Part shown: positions 1 through 14,671 of the stretch, piece by piece
How positions within the stretch are numbered: position 1 is the first letter of the stretch
Layout of the letters: each line of letters opens with the position of its first letter
DNA from: the human T2T-CHM13v2.0 reference genome, Homo sapiens
Assembly (NCBI RefSeq): GCF_009914755.1
Contig: NC_060927.1
Direction: 5' to 3' (one strand)
Length of the DNA stretch: 64,000 nucleotides
Position numbers and translations under genes: made by a program
Notes under the pieces: model-generated
The model's input: only the letters and a program-made list of their open reading frames with translations
What the model was told of the DNA's origin: nothing
The model's database searches: none

Positions 1-139
1 TCAGAAATTTGGGCATTTAGAGCTTTTCTTGCCATTAAACACATGCTTTGGCAGAGATATTTTTTACTTTTCAGATATGCAACTTAAAAGTTTACATTTT
101 TGTGTTCTTAAAAGCTTACCAGGTACTCTTAGATTCCTA

Positions 140-646
140 CGGCAGAAAGACAGCCCCAGTGATCACAGTCTCCTCTGTGGCTTGCCTAGCAAATTGCTTC
201 TAATTAATATGTTATAGCAAAGGTGATGGGATGTTACTTCTGTGATTAGGCTACAAGGGATTGTGATTTCTGTCTTGCTAACAGACTCTATCCCTTGCTG
301 GCTTTGCTCAACTGCCATATGGAGAGGCCCATCTGGCAAGAAACTGAGGGCAGCCTCCTGTCAACAAGTGGTCAGGAACTGAGGTCCTCTGTGCAACAAC
401 CCAGGAGGACCAGAATCCCATCAACAACCACATCAGCTTGGAAGCATATCCTTTCCCATCTGAATCTTCAAATTAGACCCCAGTGCTAAATTGTGCTTTG
501 ATTGTAGCCTTTTGAAAGACCCTGAAGCAGAAGATCCAGCTTAGCCATGCCTAGATTCCTGACCTACAGTATCTACAAAATAATGTGTATTCTGTTAAGC
601 CACTAAGTTTGTGGTAACTTGTTAGGTATCAATAGATAATTAATGT
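140..646 (+). mobile_element. MaLR solo LTR, MLT1E/MLT1F-like
   Basis: MLT1 motifs 'ggagaggcccatctggcaagaaactgagggcagcc' and 3' end 'ttaagccactaagtttgtggtaacttgtta...aatagataattaat'. Subfamily from recall. Confidence 0.75.
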
Positions 647-2429
647 GATTACCATATTTGATTATTGGAGAAACCTGAATAGAAGGTCAAGAGACATTGG
701 CACTTCTGTTTTCCAGAGGAGAAAACCAAATTTCAGAAAAGTTATATAGATTATCCAATATGTCAAAATTGAAGCTATGATGAAATCCAAGATGCTTTTG
801 AATATTATGTCCTGTGCTTGTCAGTTAGGCAATGCTTTGCACTGGGCTTGAATGTTTAAAAAATTGAATGGTATGTTTTACCTTGTCTATGGTAGAAAAC
901 ATTTTTTTATTTGCATGACCTAAAAAATGTAAATCGTTTGATTTGAATATCTGATCTTGCCTTTAAATCAGTTCATCATAGTCACTTATTTCAATGTCCA
1001 ATCTCAGTGATCAGATTTTCATATAAACACAGCTGAAAGGTTTAAAATGGATTTTACAGATAGTCCTGACACCTCAGATTTTATTCTTCCAACTCAATAC
1101 CTGAAGCAGACATCTTCGTTACAATGGAGTTAGGCCCGTTATAATTAAATCCAGATGATGCATTAATATAAAAGCAGGTATATATGAGTACAAAAAGGTC
1201 AAGTGATGCAACCTGGATGCTATATTTGTGCTGGTTAGAAATAGGAATATAAGCCAATAATTATTTTGTACATATTTCCATTTAGGAGCCAGGCTGCAGC
1301 TAAGTGGAAGAGGAAAGTACTTTGCTAGTAGAGCAAAACTAGATAATTCACATTGAACAACATAACCTTCAACCTACTTCACCAAGTTTAGCCATTACAT
1401 TGATCAAGTGGCTGGATAATTACCTGGAGAGTTCACAGGTTGATGGTGTTGTAACATCATGCTCCAGCTATGGTAGTCAGAACACGGTATTAATATTAAA
1501 TGCAATTTCAGGAAACTTAGTTTCCTTGTTGATTTATTAACAATGATATTCAATACAGTATATGCTGTGATACAGTGCATAACAGGAAAAAATTTTGGTA
1601 ATTTTCTGATAAATACTATATTCTTTATATTTTCAATTTTCACACCTAAATTTATGTGATTACTGTGTGGTAAAAACCTTGTGATTATATTTTGAGCTTT
1701 CAAATCATCTTTTTACTATCCTTCTACTGATACCTGGTTTTATTCTGCTTCTGCCTATAAAGGTGTAATAAGTCTCTTCTTTATCTTTACTTCTAAAAAA
1801 AAGTCAATGACATAAGGATCCTTGAATTTGTACTGTAAGCAGAAGTCATTCGTAACTACTGTCACTTGCTTGTTTTGTTATAGTGCTTGTTTGTTTTTGC
1901 AACTGACCGTATTTTTCAGTAAATTGCCTTAAGTGATGATACTTAACCCTGGATATCCACGTTTAGGAATAAATTAATGATATAAAGGCATTCCATGGTT
2001 TAAAAAATTTAAAGTATACCAACTATGTTCTGGAAGTCGCTCTATCACTATTCATTTGCCTTTAGATAATTCACTTTGCTAAATCACAAATTCTTCAATT
2101 GCAGAGTAAAACAATGTTCTATGAGCCTCTGAAAAAGTTTTTTTTTCAGTGATATATAAGCCCTTCAGAGTGAAGACTCTTTGTCCAAGTTACACAGGTT
2201 TTTGCAGTTTGTGAAGATGGAGTCACTGATGCCAGTTAACATGGATGCATTACACAGTGTATCTTGAGTAATAAACATAACTGTTCAAACTGACAATGTA
2301 TTTGGCATGCATCATTTTTCCTCTAGGGAAATTATTAGTGAAGGCATACATAATAATATTTTTATTCACAAATGCTAACAGGAACTGGTGCCTTCAGTCC
2401 TAACAACCACAACAATACAAATACATAAC

Positions 2430-2545
2430 AATATAACTACATATATATATATATATGTAGTTATATATGTACACACACATAACTGTATATGTGTATGTAC
2501 CTAGATAGATGACAGGCAGATAGATAGACACATAGATAGATATAG
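2430..2545. repeat. (TA)n/(TG)/(TAGA)n compound simple repeat
   Basis: Visible directly in the sequence. Confidence 0.8.
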
Positions 2546-4087
2546 TTTGATTGTTTAAGAAGAGCTAAACAATGATGCCTAAAGTTCCTTTTTTTCTTTC
2601 ACTAACTTATGGTAAGTGTCCTGGGATAGCTTTTGAAAAGTACTCACTAAATTTCTTTTTCCTAAGAAAAACACTGCACATAATATCTCAATATTCATTT
2701 TTGAGCATAAAAGGCAGAAAAAGCAGCATAATAATAGGATTTTTCATGAGAATTGAATAATATAAATGAGAAGGAAGAAAATTGTCACAATTATATCTGG
2801 AAGCATTGGAATAGAAAGCAATAAAACAATAAAATGGCAATTTCAGGAAAGACAAATAGTATTGCAGCTTTGAACAGATACTATGAGATAAAATAAAATG
2901 TAGGGTTTGCATCAGTATATTAATATACAAAGTTGTATCTGCAAAAAATGATTGAGCAAATTTGTAATTACCTGATTAATATAATCTACCTATATGCTCA
3001 AACTAACTTATTTAGCTCAAAATGACATTTTCATTAATGAAATTAACTGAACAGTTTCCAAATTAATGGTTTATGTATGAACCAGGCTACATTTATATCC
3101 ATATATAGATCATGTATAAATACATATACATAAATTTTTAAGTTTGTAACACTTTGCAAACAGTGGATGATTTCATGGGCTAAATCCCCACTTAAGTAAG
3201 CTCACTCAATTAAATTAAATATTTCCCTCATAAATCTCTTGTAGACAGGGAACTATTGATTCTCTTTTCTCATCTTTGTGAATTATACCTGTGCTCTGGT
3301 GAGGACGTGCTAGATAATTTCCCAAAAATAAAAACTTAGTTTTAAATATTATTTGGAATTAAGATTAAAAGATATTGTGATATGAATTACCTTGTCAATT
3401 TTGTGATATAGATTTTAATAAACAATTTTTTGACTCAGTAATTTTGCATTTTCCAACATCAGAATAATCACAATTATACTCTTGTTCTAAGTACCTATGT
3501 GTGTTGAGGAGTTTAATGTACAAGAAGCCATTATCTTCATTCCACACAAGCAGAGAGAATGGGTCCAGTGAAACAGCCTAAATAAAATATGTTAACAGGT
3601 TTCTTATCCATAATTTTGACAGCAGTGTCATGGACTGATAATTCAATTATAATGAAGTACTGACATTATTGAAAAATCATATATAATGGTTCTAATTTTA
3701 CTTTTTATTATTATTCAGAAATTATGCCCTTTTCTTCCTCTACAACTTGCAAACAACAAATGAAATCCTTTTGGGGTGGGATAGCATAAAATAGTAAAGG
3801 CCTTTTTAAATACTAAAGCTTTGGAGATGCATTTCACTGATTTTGAGTCCCTCTAGTTCTAATGGATACGAGAGGTAGATCCCAGCAGTCTAACAAAGAA
3901 AAAAAAGTAGGGGAAATTTTTGTTTTTAGAAAAGTAATTTTCTCATGCTGCTTTTGGCTAACTAAATTTAGTCAAGTGGAAAAACCAAACTGGATAAAAT
4001 ACAATCCAATAATTTTGAAATTTGTGAGCCTTCTTTATATCGTGCATATTTGAATTGCTTTCAAGTAGTTTGGCAAGAGCTTCCTAC

Positions 4088-4404
4088 TACATATATATAT
4101 ATATATGGCTATATATAAATATATATATATGGCTATATATAAATATAAATATGGATATGAATACATATAGGGGATATATATTTTGGGATTTTACATATAT
4201 ATATAGGGAGATGTATATATCAGCAAATAGATATATTGGGAGACATACATAGGAATATATATATATAGGGATATATATAAGAATATATATATATGGAAAG
4301 ACACACACAGGTATATGCACACACACATATATATGTGTGTTTAGGATATACATATATATATAAATACACACATACATACACGTGTGTGTATGTGTGTGTG
4401 TGTA
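4088..4404. repeat. Degenerate (TA)n-rich tract ending in CA/TG repeats
   Basis: Visible directly; accounts for the YI-rich ORFs at 4055-4408. Confidence 0.9.
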
Positions 4405-5332
4405 TCATTTATCTACTTGGTTTCTAAGTATGTCCAGAGTGGAAGAAACACCACCATGAAAAAATTTTAGAAATCAAGAAATAAGAAAGTAGCAGGTTTC
4501 TCATAAGATAATATCTTAAATACTATACCTTTTGGATTTCAAAAAGATGGAGACAATTGGAGAAGAGTTTGCTATTAAAGTAGCTTCATTATGTGGCCAA
4601 GAGCTGTTTCCCTTCAAATGAAGTGAGGGGATGTTGATCAAACATAAAATAGCATTCTCATCCTTGTTTGATTTAGTGTATGACTTGGAGGCTACCATGG
4701 ATTGTTCAATTGACCTTAATGGATGTTTCCAATCATTACTTTTTCCTGGCTGTATCAAGGCCAAGTCCACCAGATGTCAGTACAATATAAATTATCCAAA
4801 TTCTTTAATTTAAAAGCCAAATATAGCAGATGAAAATGAAATTGCCATAAAACAAAGGCACTTCATTGAATTATAACAAATTTACCTATACGAAATAGAG
4901 GGAGAGATTGTAAAACTGGTCATTATAAACTGTAATGTGATTTTTAAAATAATTTCTAATAGCCTTCTTTAATGTAATCTGAATAAATCTGATCTAGTAT
5001 TTATCCTTCTTCCTGTTTCATTATCATTCAAATGTAGTATTTGCCAGATGACTTCTTTATTCACTGATAGTTTCATGCATTATCATTTCCTCATTACATA
5101 TTTCTCTTGATTATTTTTTCTACTCTAGAAAAAGAGACAATCATGAAAGTAGTATATTCCCTGACGTATTTCTTCACTTGATCACAGTTAAACTAAAGGT
5201 TAATATGGGTAACACTTGCTGGCAATGAGTTGAAATCTTGATGTTAAGACATACCAATGACATTTTTTTTCCAAATATGTTTGAAAATTTAATTTTTGAT
5301 GAGAAAGTTGTTAGTTTACATCCTTAATGCAT

Positions 5333-5369
5333 GCACACACACAAGCACACACACAAACACACACACACA
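5333..5369. repeat. Imperfect (CA)n microsatellite
   Basis: Visible directly. Confidence 0.85.
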
Positions 5370-6249
5370 GATACTCAACGAGAAAAAAGAGGCTTCATAT
5401 GAGTGAGAGAAAAATATCACTAAGCCTGTGTTTGTCTCTGTTTGTTTATTGTTCTTTGTGTAGAAATGTGCAGGAGGATTTGCTCCTTCTGCTTAGCATT
5501 AGAGGAACTCTTTTTCTCTCTCAAATTTAGTTTCTTTTTTTTTTTTTTCCAATTTGTGGCACTCAACAGAGTTTTCCACTTCACCTTCCCAACTCCAATA
5601 CCTACATCTTAGTGACAGAACTTAAGGAGAAAGTAATATGAGAAACAGACAAGCTAATGCCACCCTTCATGCTTGCAGCTCATAATAATATGCTTTTGCC
5701 AACCTGAGAATTATACCACAGGTAGAATCTTCATCTACTATTTTATCCTTGCACTTTCAACCCAAAAGCCACCACTCTGCTCCTTTAAGGAAATGGTCAA
5801 GTAGTGGTTTTCTTCCTATACCTAGGTAATTTGCTCCTCAGGCCTTGCACTATCCCCAAATTTATCTTCATATTTTTTCACACCTAAAATTAGTTCATTA
5901 TTTTGTTTAAATATTGAAGGGCTTGATGTTTCGGCACATATTCTGCATTCCATGAGTTTATAATCTGAGCAAAAGGACCAATCATGCGACCAAAGCAGTA
6001 AGAGAACGTGTTAGAGATATGGTGTAGTTCTTTCTGAGAAAGTAAACTTGCAGAGTATAAATGGCTCACATCGGTTTGAAAGGACCTGTCAAGTTGGGCT
6101 AAGCCCAACAAAGGCAAGAAAACTGAGGGCTCAGCTACCTGAAGGATGAAGATCTGGATTCCATCAGTGAAGCCGGAGAAACCAGTGCCGGCAAATTATG
6201 AAACAGAGAACGCATTTACACCATCAATTTCTGAACAAAATATTAATAA

Positions 6250-6574
6250 TATTTATTAATCTAAAGGAAAAAGATAAACTAAAAGACACTGCTCTTTTAA
6301 TATATCACATTTTAACAGGAGAAAAACCATAAGATTATCCAAATAGCTTTTTAAAAACACATTTGATGTGATTCAGTATTCATTTGTAGTTTCAAAAGCC
6401 ATAACCAAAAAAACTAGATGGGAATTTTCTTAATCTGAAGAAGGGCAAAAACAAACATATAAACAAATACAAAATCTACAGCAAGGATTCAAACCCTCCC
6501 CTAAGGCCAGAGAAAAATACCTAAAAAGATGTCTGGAATCATTGTGATTCCTGTTTCAAAATTGTTCTAGGCAT
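6250..6574 (+). mobile_element. Old L1 (L1M) ORF2 fragment, left part
   Basis: Degenerate match to L1 ORF2 ('aaaaaccataagattatc...catttgat', 'ttcaaaattgttctagg'); homology resumes at about 7364. Confidence 0.55.
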
Positions 6575-7363
6575 ATGTTTTCAACACAATTTTTACCAGA
6601 ATCACTCAGTTTCATCTTCTCTCACCCCCACCTCTTTGGTGTCACTTTCCCACCTTCCCTGCTTGCCAGTGGATCATGGCCACCTTCTTGTCTGTTAACT
6701 ATCTTGGCTGCCATTGTCTTTTCCAGGATTAGACTTTTTAGTATTCCTGGACAAGAGGTGCAGAAGATCTCACACCTAGGATCAAACTGATTGTACCCTT
6801 GGAAGTTCTGGCTCCCTCTGCTTTACCTAGATTTATATGAAATACCAGAGTGTAGGGCAGAAAATCTGGCTTCCCCCAAGGCTTCTTAAGATGTCTGGTA
6901 ACACAACTCAAAAATTTAAGAGTGATGGTATGTTACTTTGCTTGATTCATTGTTCCTCAATGTAAACACATTTTGAAATATCACATTGCACTCCATAAAT
7001 ATATCCAACTCTTATTTGTTAATTTTTAAAAAGTTTAGGAGAGTTAATGACCTATAGAACTACATGACACACAAAGCATGACAGAGAACTGGCAGAAAAA
7101 TGTTGCTCCCTTCCTCCTGTTGATAGAATGCCCCAAGACACAGAGGTTAGCTATGTGTCTCTACAAATATCTTGTATACCACAGCAATATGTTTTGTCTT
7201 TGTTTGTTTAATTTTGGTAGCAGCTAGGTAGCATACTATATTGTCATTACTTTTCTGCCTTATCTTTTTATTTTTCCCTTCACTTTTAGGACTATATCCC
7301 ACTTAAATAAAAGATTAGCATATACTTACTGCTTGAGTGTTTTCTAGAAAACTTGGATTAAAC
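6575..7363 (+). mobile_element. ERVL-class solo LTR (LTR16/LTR33-like) inserted in old L1
   Basis: Starts TG; AATAAA followed by the terminus 'ttctagaaaacttggattaaaca', resembling LTR16 '...gggaacccaaactaagaca'. Confidence 0.5.
6922..7032 (+). mobile_element. L1MA 3'-terminal fragment nested in the LTR
   Basis: 'tatgttactttgcttgattcattgttcctcaatgtaaacacattttgaaatatcacattgcactccataaatatat' matches the L1MA 3' end. Confidence 0.65.
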
Positions 7364-8005
7364 AAGTTCCTAGTCAGTGTAATAATAAAGGGAAATCAAT
7401 TAAATGGGAAATGAATGAAAAATAGAAATCAAAATGCCATTAACTGTTGGCAAAATCGTCCATATAAATAATGTACAAAATCTGCAGATTAATTATAGTA
7501 TTTGAAAGAAAGAGTTTAGAATCTAGCAGTGGCTTTTGGATACAAATGTTATGAACTCAAATAGCTGTTAGTAATAAACTAAATTAATACATTTTGATAT
7601 ATCAAGTAAAGTACGGTATTGAACATGAATAAATTGAAGTTCATAAATATCATTAATCTCAAAAATACAATGTTGTCTGAAAGAATAAAGTCATAGAAAA
7701 ACACATGAAGTATGCTTCCATTTATATAATTTTAAAAATAGATATCTATTCATCTAAATGAATATATGTATGCATTGAAATGCCATCAAGTAAATCAAGG
7801 GAAAAATTATAACAAAATTCAAGTTGGTATTACCTTATGAGGTGAGAAGAAAAGAAACAAGATGGGGACAGTCATACAGGAAGTTTTCCAAGGAAATAAT
7901 AATACTCTCTTAAGCTAAATGGAATGCATAGGAGTCATTGTAGCCTCCTTTTAGCTCTAGACATAATATACACACTGTGCGTACAATTGATTTCACATTA
8001 AAATA
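7364..8005 (+). mobile_element. Old L1 (L1ME-like) ORF2 continuation and 3' UTR fragments
   Basis: 'gttcctagtcag...ggatacaaa' (ORF2) and 'aatctcaaaaatacaatgttgtctgaaagaataaagtcatag...ttccatttatataa' (3' UTR). Confidence 0.55.
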
Positions 8006-10235
8006 TTAAGTTACTGTGGAATTATTATTATTATTATTATTATTATATTTTTTTAGTCAGGTTGTAGGAAAACTTTCTCTAGATATACTGTGCTGATTTT
8101 GGGTAAGATGGAGGTTACAGGTTACAGTAACTCAGAAATCTATTTATTTGAGTAGGCACCAAAGGTAAATTTCTGATGTGCAGGTAGTTTTAAGATCATC
8201 AAGCTAAAATAGCAAAACAATTTCATCTTTAGTTACATTTTGTTCTGATGAGCTGGCCTGGAGACATAACTATCTTATTGAACTTTTTCTTTCACCCCCT
8301 CAGTGGGAAGATTTATTTCAAGTTCAACATAACCAACTTACAGACTCTTAGTGCACAACTCATATATCCGTCTGAGACTATATGCCTCTGGTACAGCAGG
8401 GAAAAGGTGCAAAGCATTATTTTCAAGAAGTTTCATTTGAATATATCAGAGCCCCTGCAGTGTGAGGGCCTTTGAAAGAAACAAAAATAGATAGTATGTG
8501 CTTACTGGAGAAAATGCAGGATTTGAAGTTGGCAGTACCTAGGGATAGATTTATTTTTTTTTTTGAGAGGAGGAATTATTCCCTCTGATACTTTAAATAT
8601 ATAGTACCTTTCTAATTTCTTATAAGGTTGTCTCATTCCTTTGTGCCTTCTGCATAGAAGATGATGACTTCAAGAAGCTGAATATGTTACAGAAAATAAT
8701 TAAAAGCTTACCATCATCTACTGAAGTATTCAATCACATAGAAGACTACCACAGAAAGAAATAAAGGGAGAAACTGGGGAAGCAATGAGAAAACTCAAGT
8801 GTATTTTGCAAAATGACAGTTTTTAAAACAAGCCCAAGGGTTTGTTAAGGGCTTGTCTTAGATGCAGAGCCTAAGTGTTACATTTTGGGGGTTTTTAATG
8901 ACACAAGATCATTCATTAAAATCTGGCTTTTCTTGGATGTTTGTTATGTGATTTCTCAGACTACCATAGGCTTCCAGATCTGAAGAAAAATCTCTCCCAT
9001 TAAGACCCCAAATACATTCCTCAATATAATTTTCTCTAAGAAACAAAATAAATGCCTTTAACTTTCCTATATCTTGAAAAATTAAATCATAGAGCAGAAA
9101 TTTTCCACTGAGGAAATAATTAAACGTATTGCACATATTATTTTGTATCTGAGTTAATGTGATGAGAAGGAGAAAGGAACTGAAGGGAGAAAAATAATTA
9201 AGAAACAAATATAGATACGTTGAATTGTTGAAAGGCCCCACAGGGGAAACACACACACACAAACACACACATATACACATACTCTAAATAAATATTTTTT
9301 TAAAAAAACAAACAAAACATCCTACTTCAGTTAGAGGGCTGTACTAGTAGCGATAGGTACCTGATATGTTGAAAGTTCCACTCTGCCCTTTACTCAGAAG
9401 GAACACATAATTACAACAGCTAAAATTACAGGAAAAAAATAAAGTGAAATGGTTCAGCTCTTGGGAGCCAAACACAAACAGCAGCTCTGACCTTTAAATC
9501 TCTAGCGACTGCATGAGCAGTGGTTCATCCCAGCACAATAGCTTTAAAAAGATTAGTAATCAGTTTTCTTAAAAAATATTTCAGGCGTTTGAATTGAGTG
9601 ATCATTTAAAATTAATAAATAAAAAGTCAAAATGGATTTTTATTCATACAACTGATAAGAGGCTTGTAAAGGGTTTGTTACGGTTGGAAATAGTATATAA
9701 AATGCCTTAAGCTTTTTACAGGAAAAAATGTTTATTCATATTTTATCATTACAATTTCTAGCTTTTAACAATTGTTGAAAAGGAGAACAGGGAAATGAAA
9801 TAAATGACAATGTGTGTATCAGGAGAAGTCCATCACAGAAACTGAAAACACACTTTCAAGTTCGTATCTCCTTCTCAATGTCAATGTCTGCAAGCAACAA
9901 CCACGAGTAGCTACTTGATGTCAAAGCACTGCACTATGGAGAAAGAGCAAGGGGCGTCAGGCCAAGAATAATTGCTGTTGATATAGTATGTGAGCAAGCA
10001 TTATTAGAACGGAAGAGAATGAAAGCCCTCCTGCTATGAAATGCATGTTAATTAAGTATGCAGTCCTTGACAACTACAGCAGTAAGAACAGTTTATGAAC
10101 AGTGAGTACAGTAGCCAACTGCCAGGGCAAAGAGCATCTAGTGATGGGTACCTCACTCTTTTTCCATAATCAACAAGTTGTTGAAACTAAAAAACAAAAT
10201 CAAATTATAGACAGTGTTCTCTTTTGCTCATTCTT

Positions 10236-10785
10236 ATTTTCCCCACTTTATTGAGGCATAATTGACAAGTAAGAATTATATCTATTCAAGGCATATTATA
10301 TTCATTGCAAATATGTATACACACATCTATTCAAGGCGTACAATGCTTATATATATTGTATATGTTGTCAAATAATTTCCATGATCAAGCTAATTAACAT
10401 TCCTATTGCCTCACATAGTTGCTTCATTTTGTGAGGGGTGTGTGGGGGTGTGTGTGTGCACACTGAGAATACTTAGGATCTACTTGCTTAGAGAATGTCA
10501 AGTATGCAATACGTTTTTATTAACTGCAGTGAACATGCTGTACATCAGGTTTCTGGAACTTTCTTATCTTATAACTGCAAGTTTCTACCCTTTGACCAAC
10601 ATCTCACCCAGCCAACTCTTGGTAACCACCCCTCTACTCTTTGTTTTTATGAAACAGACTTTTTTAGATTTAACATATACTTGGTATAACATCCTCCAGG
10701 TTCATCTCTCTTGTTCCAAATGGCTGCATTGCCTTCTTTTTCAAAACTGAATACTATCTCATTGCAAACATGTATACACACACAA

Positions 10786-10826
<41 letters not shown>

Positions 10827-10985
10827 ATAATTTCTTTATTAATCCATCAGTAGGCATTTAGGTTATTTTCCATATCTTGGCTATCACAAATAGTACTGCA
10901 ATAAAAATGGGAGTGCAGATAGCTCTTCAAGATAGTGATTTTACTGCCTTTAGATGTACACCCAGAAGTAAAATTGCTGAATCAG
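10236..10985 (-). mobile_element. L1MA (L1MA8/9-like) 3' end
   Basis: 'ctttattgaggcataattgac...atcaagctaattaacat...gggagtgcagatagctcttcaagatagtgattt...cccagaagtaaaattgctgaatca'; internal (CA)n at 10776-10818. Confidence 0.85.
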
Positions 10986-13581
10986 GAATTACTCTTGCAA
11001 ATGTTTCTTTTAAAATGGTATGAACATAGCTTTTGAGCCATAAAGGGAATATAATACATATTTTACATAGTAAATCAATAAAGACTAAACTTCTCTTTTA
11101 CTGTGTCTATTTTTTTCTCTTTAATCCTAAATTTCGTAAGTGAAATACTTTTTTATAATAGCTTTTAGCTAATTGGCATTTAGTGAATGCAAAGATAAAC
11201 TTTTTTAAAAAAATTGTCTTTCTTTTTATAAGGTGAAGGAGCAAATGTTTGAATTATGTAACTAATAAATTAAAATATAATGTGTACATTGTCATAACTA
11301 TTATCTAGATAAAATTCATTAAGCTTAAAGCTAAATGTAAAAGCTGCAAATTTATTTATTTATGTAGTTGTACATTTGTATATGTCTACCTAAATATATA
11401 AGGTGTGGTAAGATTAGTTAAAAAGCTTATGTCTCAAAGAAAAATTGAGACATAAAAAAAGTCTTCTTAATATGTTGATTCTGAGTATGAGGATTGAGTT
11501 TTAGAAAAGAAAGATTAAGAATTGAAAGAGGAGAAAATACTTGAAAATAAATTATAATTTTTAAAGATTGGTAAATAATTAAAGGCAACATTTGAAAAAC
11601 AATTAGTAAAACTGATTATTACCCTTTCTTTCAAAAATAGGGGAACATTGAAATGATTCAAGAGACTATGAGAAATACAGAGAGTTAACATATTTTGAAA
11701 ATAAAAACTTTTGTTGTCTGGGTACAGAATAACTTGGTTGCCTCACAAGAGACAAATGTAAATTCAATTTCTTCCCATTTTATATACCATCCACATACAA
11801 CTTGAAGAAATAATTTATTACTAAATATTTTCCTTATGAATGAACTTTTGTTATTGAGTTGATTTTATTAAGAATTTTAAGATATTTATTGTTTTTTAAA
11901 TTTTATTTTTATTATTCATAAGCTTTTGAAATAATCTTACAGTACCTTATATATGTAGATAGACATATACAAATGTACAACTACATAAATAATAAAATTA
12001 GAGTTTTACATTTAGTTTAATTAACTTTATCTGCATAGTAAATAAGATAATGCACATATTACATTTAAATTTATAATTTTACATATAGCGATTCTCTAAA
12101 CAAACTGACATATGGTATTTGTTACCTTGTATGAAAACTCATATGTTCCTGTAATTATTATACCTAACATATTGTTAATCATTATATAATCACCTTTAAC
12201 CAAAGTGACCAACTCTTGTTATCTCTTGACCCAAAGAAAAGTGGAAGACAGGAAATCAATAAATATATAGCTGTTTTTTTCCAGGAGCACACATTTCATA
12301 TTAGCTTTCCAAATTTAAAAATGGCAAAAACTCCCACATAACTAACATTATCCAAAATCATTTGCACATCACCTGATTTTCTAATTATTTAAAAATGTAG
12401 AACTAATTTAGTTACGAAGTTACATATCAAAATTATTTAAATATTTATAAATTTATTAAATTTAAAACTTGTAATGATATTAAAGTGAACTAAAGATCTA
12501 CAAATTACAAATTCATTCAATTAAACACAATTTTGTTATCATTTTAATTTTTAAGAACAATAACTTGATAACATAAAACATATACACATTTAGAATTCTT
12601 AAAGAAATAGAGTTTGATTCTACTTCTTCAAAATCTAGAATATTACGTTGAGTTTAGATATATACAATTAAATGAAAGAGAAGACAGATAATAATTTTTG
12701 GTCAAATTAATTACCTCACTGTAAAGTATCAAAAATTCCTCTATTTATCATGGATATCAAATAAAAATTTCTAACAAAATTTATGAGCTTTAACTCTTGT
12801 CTTTAATTTTTAATTATTTAAATATTGTTTAAAATATCTCCTTGTCATCTGATCTTAGAACTAGTGGTCTTACAATGAGCAAAGATATTACTTAATTATA
12901 TTTCTTAGTGAAATTTTAGAATGAACAATTTCTTGCAGAGCAAACATTTTTAAAGATCAAAACAAAACTATTTATTTTTACTTACTCCTTTTAGAAATTT
13001 TTAACACTGTCTTGACCATTTCTAGCATGTACAAATATTGGCAGCCCTTAATTTGATTAATCTTCAGTTTTCTAAGAAATAGGAATATAAGATAGAAATA
13101 GAAAGAAGAATAAAGGTGATATAGAGATATAGATATGGAGGGAAAGGGGGAAAAGCATGACAGAGAGAGAGAGTGGGAATAAAAGGGAAGGAAAGTGGAA
13201 GTGGGAGAAGGAGAAAGGAACAATCAATTACAGCTAGGTTAAACAATGTCCCAGGGCCTTGACAATTTTATCAAACCACAAGATTAAAAAGTCATTCTTT
13301 ATTCACCTAGAAAGTGTAGAACCTGAAGTAAGAGAAATTCTCATAACAAACAGTCTTTTAGGTGGACAACTATCTCCCCATGAAAGTTCGTTTCTTTCTT
13401 TTTGTTTTTTTTTGGTCTAAGGTATGATAATTGTTAATGTCAAAAGTGTCCTCAAAGTGGTCAGATCATAATGGCTCTTCATTTTTCTTGGTGATATTGT
13501 ACCCAAGGTAAAATATTTCATACCATTATTTCCGTGACAAGTGAGGATATGTAAAACTAGATAGGTTCCAGAAGACATTAG

Positions 13582-13916
<335 letters not shown>

Positions 13917-14335
13917 CATTATTTCTAAAGGAGCTGCAAAACAAATAATCAGATCTCACAAATGCTGTATCTCACCCTACACTTTACTAAAGAGCTCTGA
14001 GAGATAAAAGAAAGGAAAAAATAAACCATAAATGGTATCAGCAAGGAAAAATAGAATTAATTGATCTTTTTCAGTGATCAAAGAAAACAAGTCAAAGCTC
14101 AGATACAGAGCAGGATTTACTTCAGAGGCTGAATAAAAGAATATTGAGAAGAGGAGGTAACAAAGAACCTCTGGCATTCACAACCTTGTCAAAGTTCCCT
14201 GATTCAAACAGTAGGAGGGTCCAGACTATTGCTGGGGGAAATGGAGATGCAGGCATTGTACTGGTTAGATATCCTAGAATAAAAGCACCAGAATGTAGGT
14301 GAGAAAATAGTTTTATATTTATTCTAATTGGAAAG

Positions 14336-14671
14336 TGTACTCGTCTGTTTTCACACTGCTGATAAAGACATACCCAAGATTGTGAAGAAAAAAAGGTTTC
14401 ACGGACTTACAGTTTCATGTGGCTGAGGAGGCCTCACAATCATGGCAGAAGGTGAAAGGCACATCTCATATGGTGGCAGACAAGAGAAGACAGCTTGTTC
14501 AGGGAAACTCTCCCTTATGTAATCATCAGATCTCATGAGACTTATTCACTATCATGAGAACAGCACAGTAAAGACCTGTCCCCATGATTCAATCACCTCC
14601 CACTGGGTCCCTCCCACAACACATGGGAATTCAAGATGAGATTTGGGTGGGGACACAGCCAAATTACATCA
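14336..14671 (-). mobile_element. THE1A/THE1B LTR (3' LTR in element orientation)
   Basis: Reverse complement of a THE1 LTR: 'tgtactcgtctgttttcacactgctgataaagacatacc...gagatttgggtggggacacagccaaattacatca'. Confidence 0.93.

Noticed and set aside
4055-4408. Cluster of overlapping YI-rich ORFs
   Set aside because: Translation of degenerate TA repeats.
5890-6230. GC-richer unique stretch with 8-bp hairpin GTTGGGCT-A-AGCCCAAC (6093-6109) as an exon or ncRNA
   Set aside because: No recognisable protein or RNA family and no convincing splice pair; an 8-bp hairpin is near chance expectation in 64 kb.
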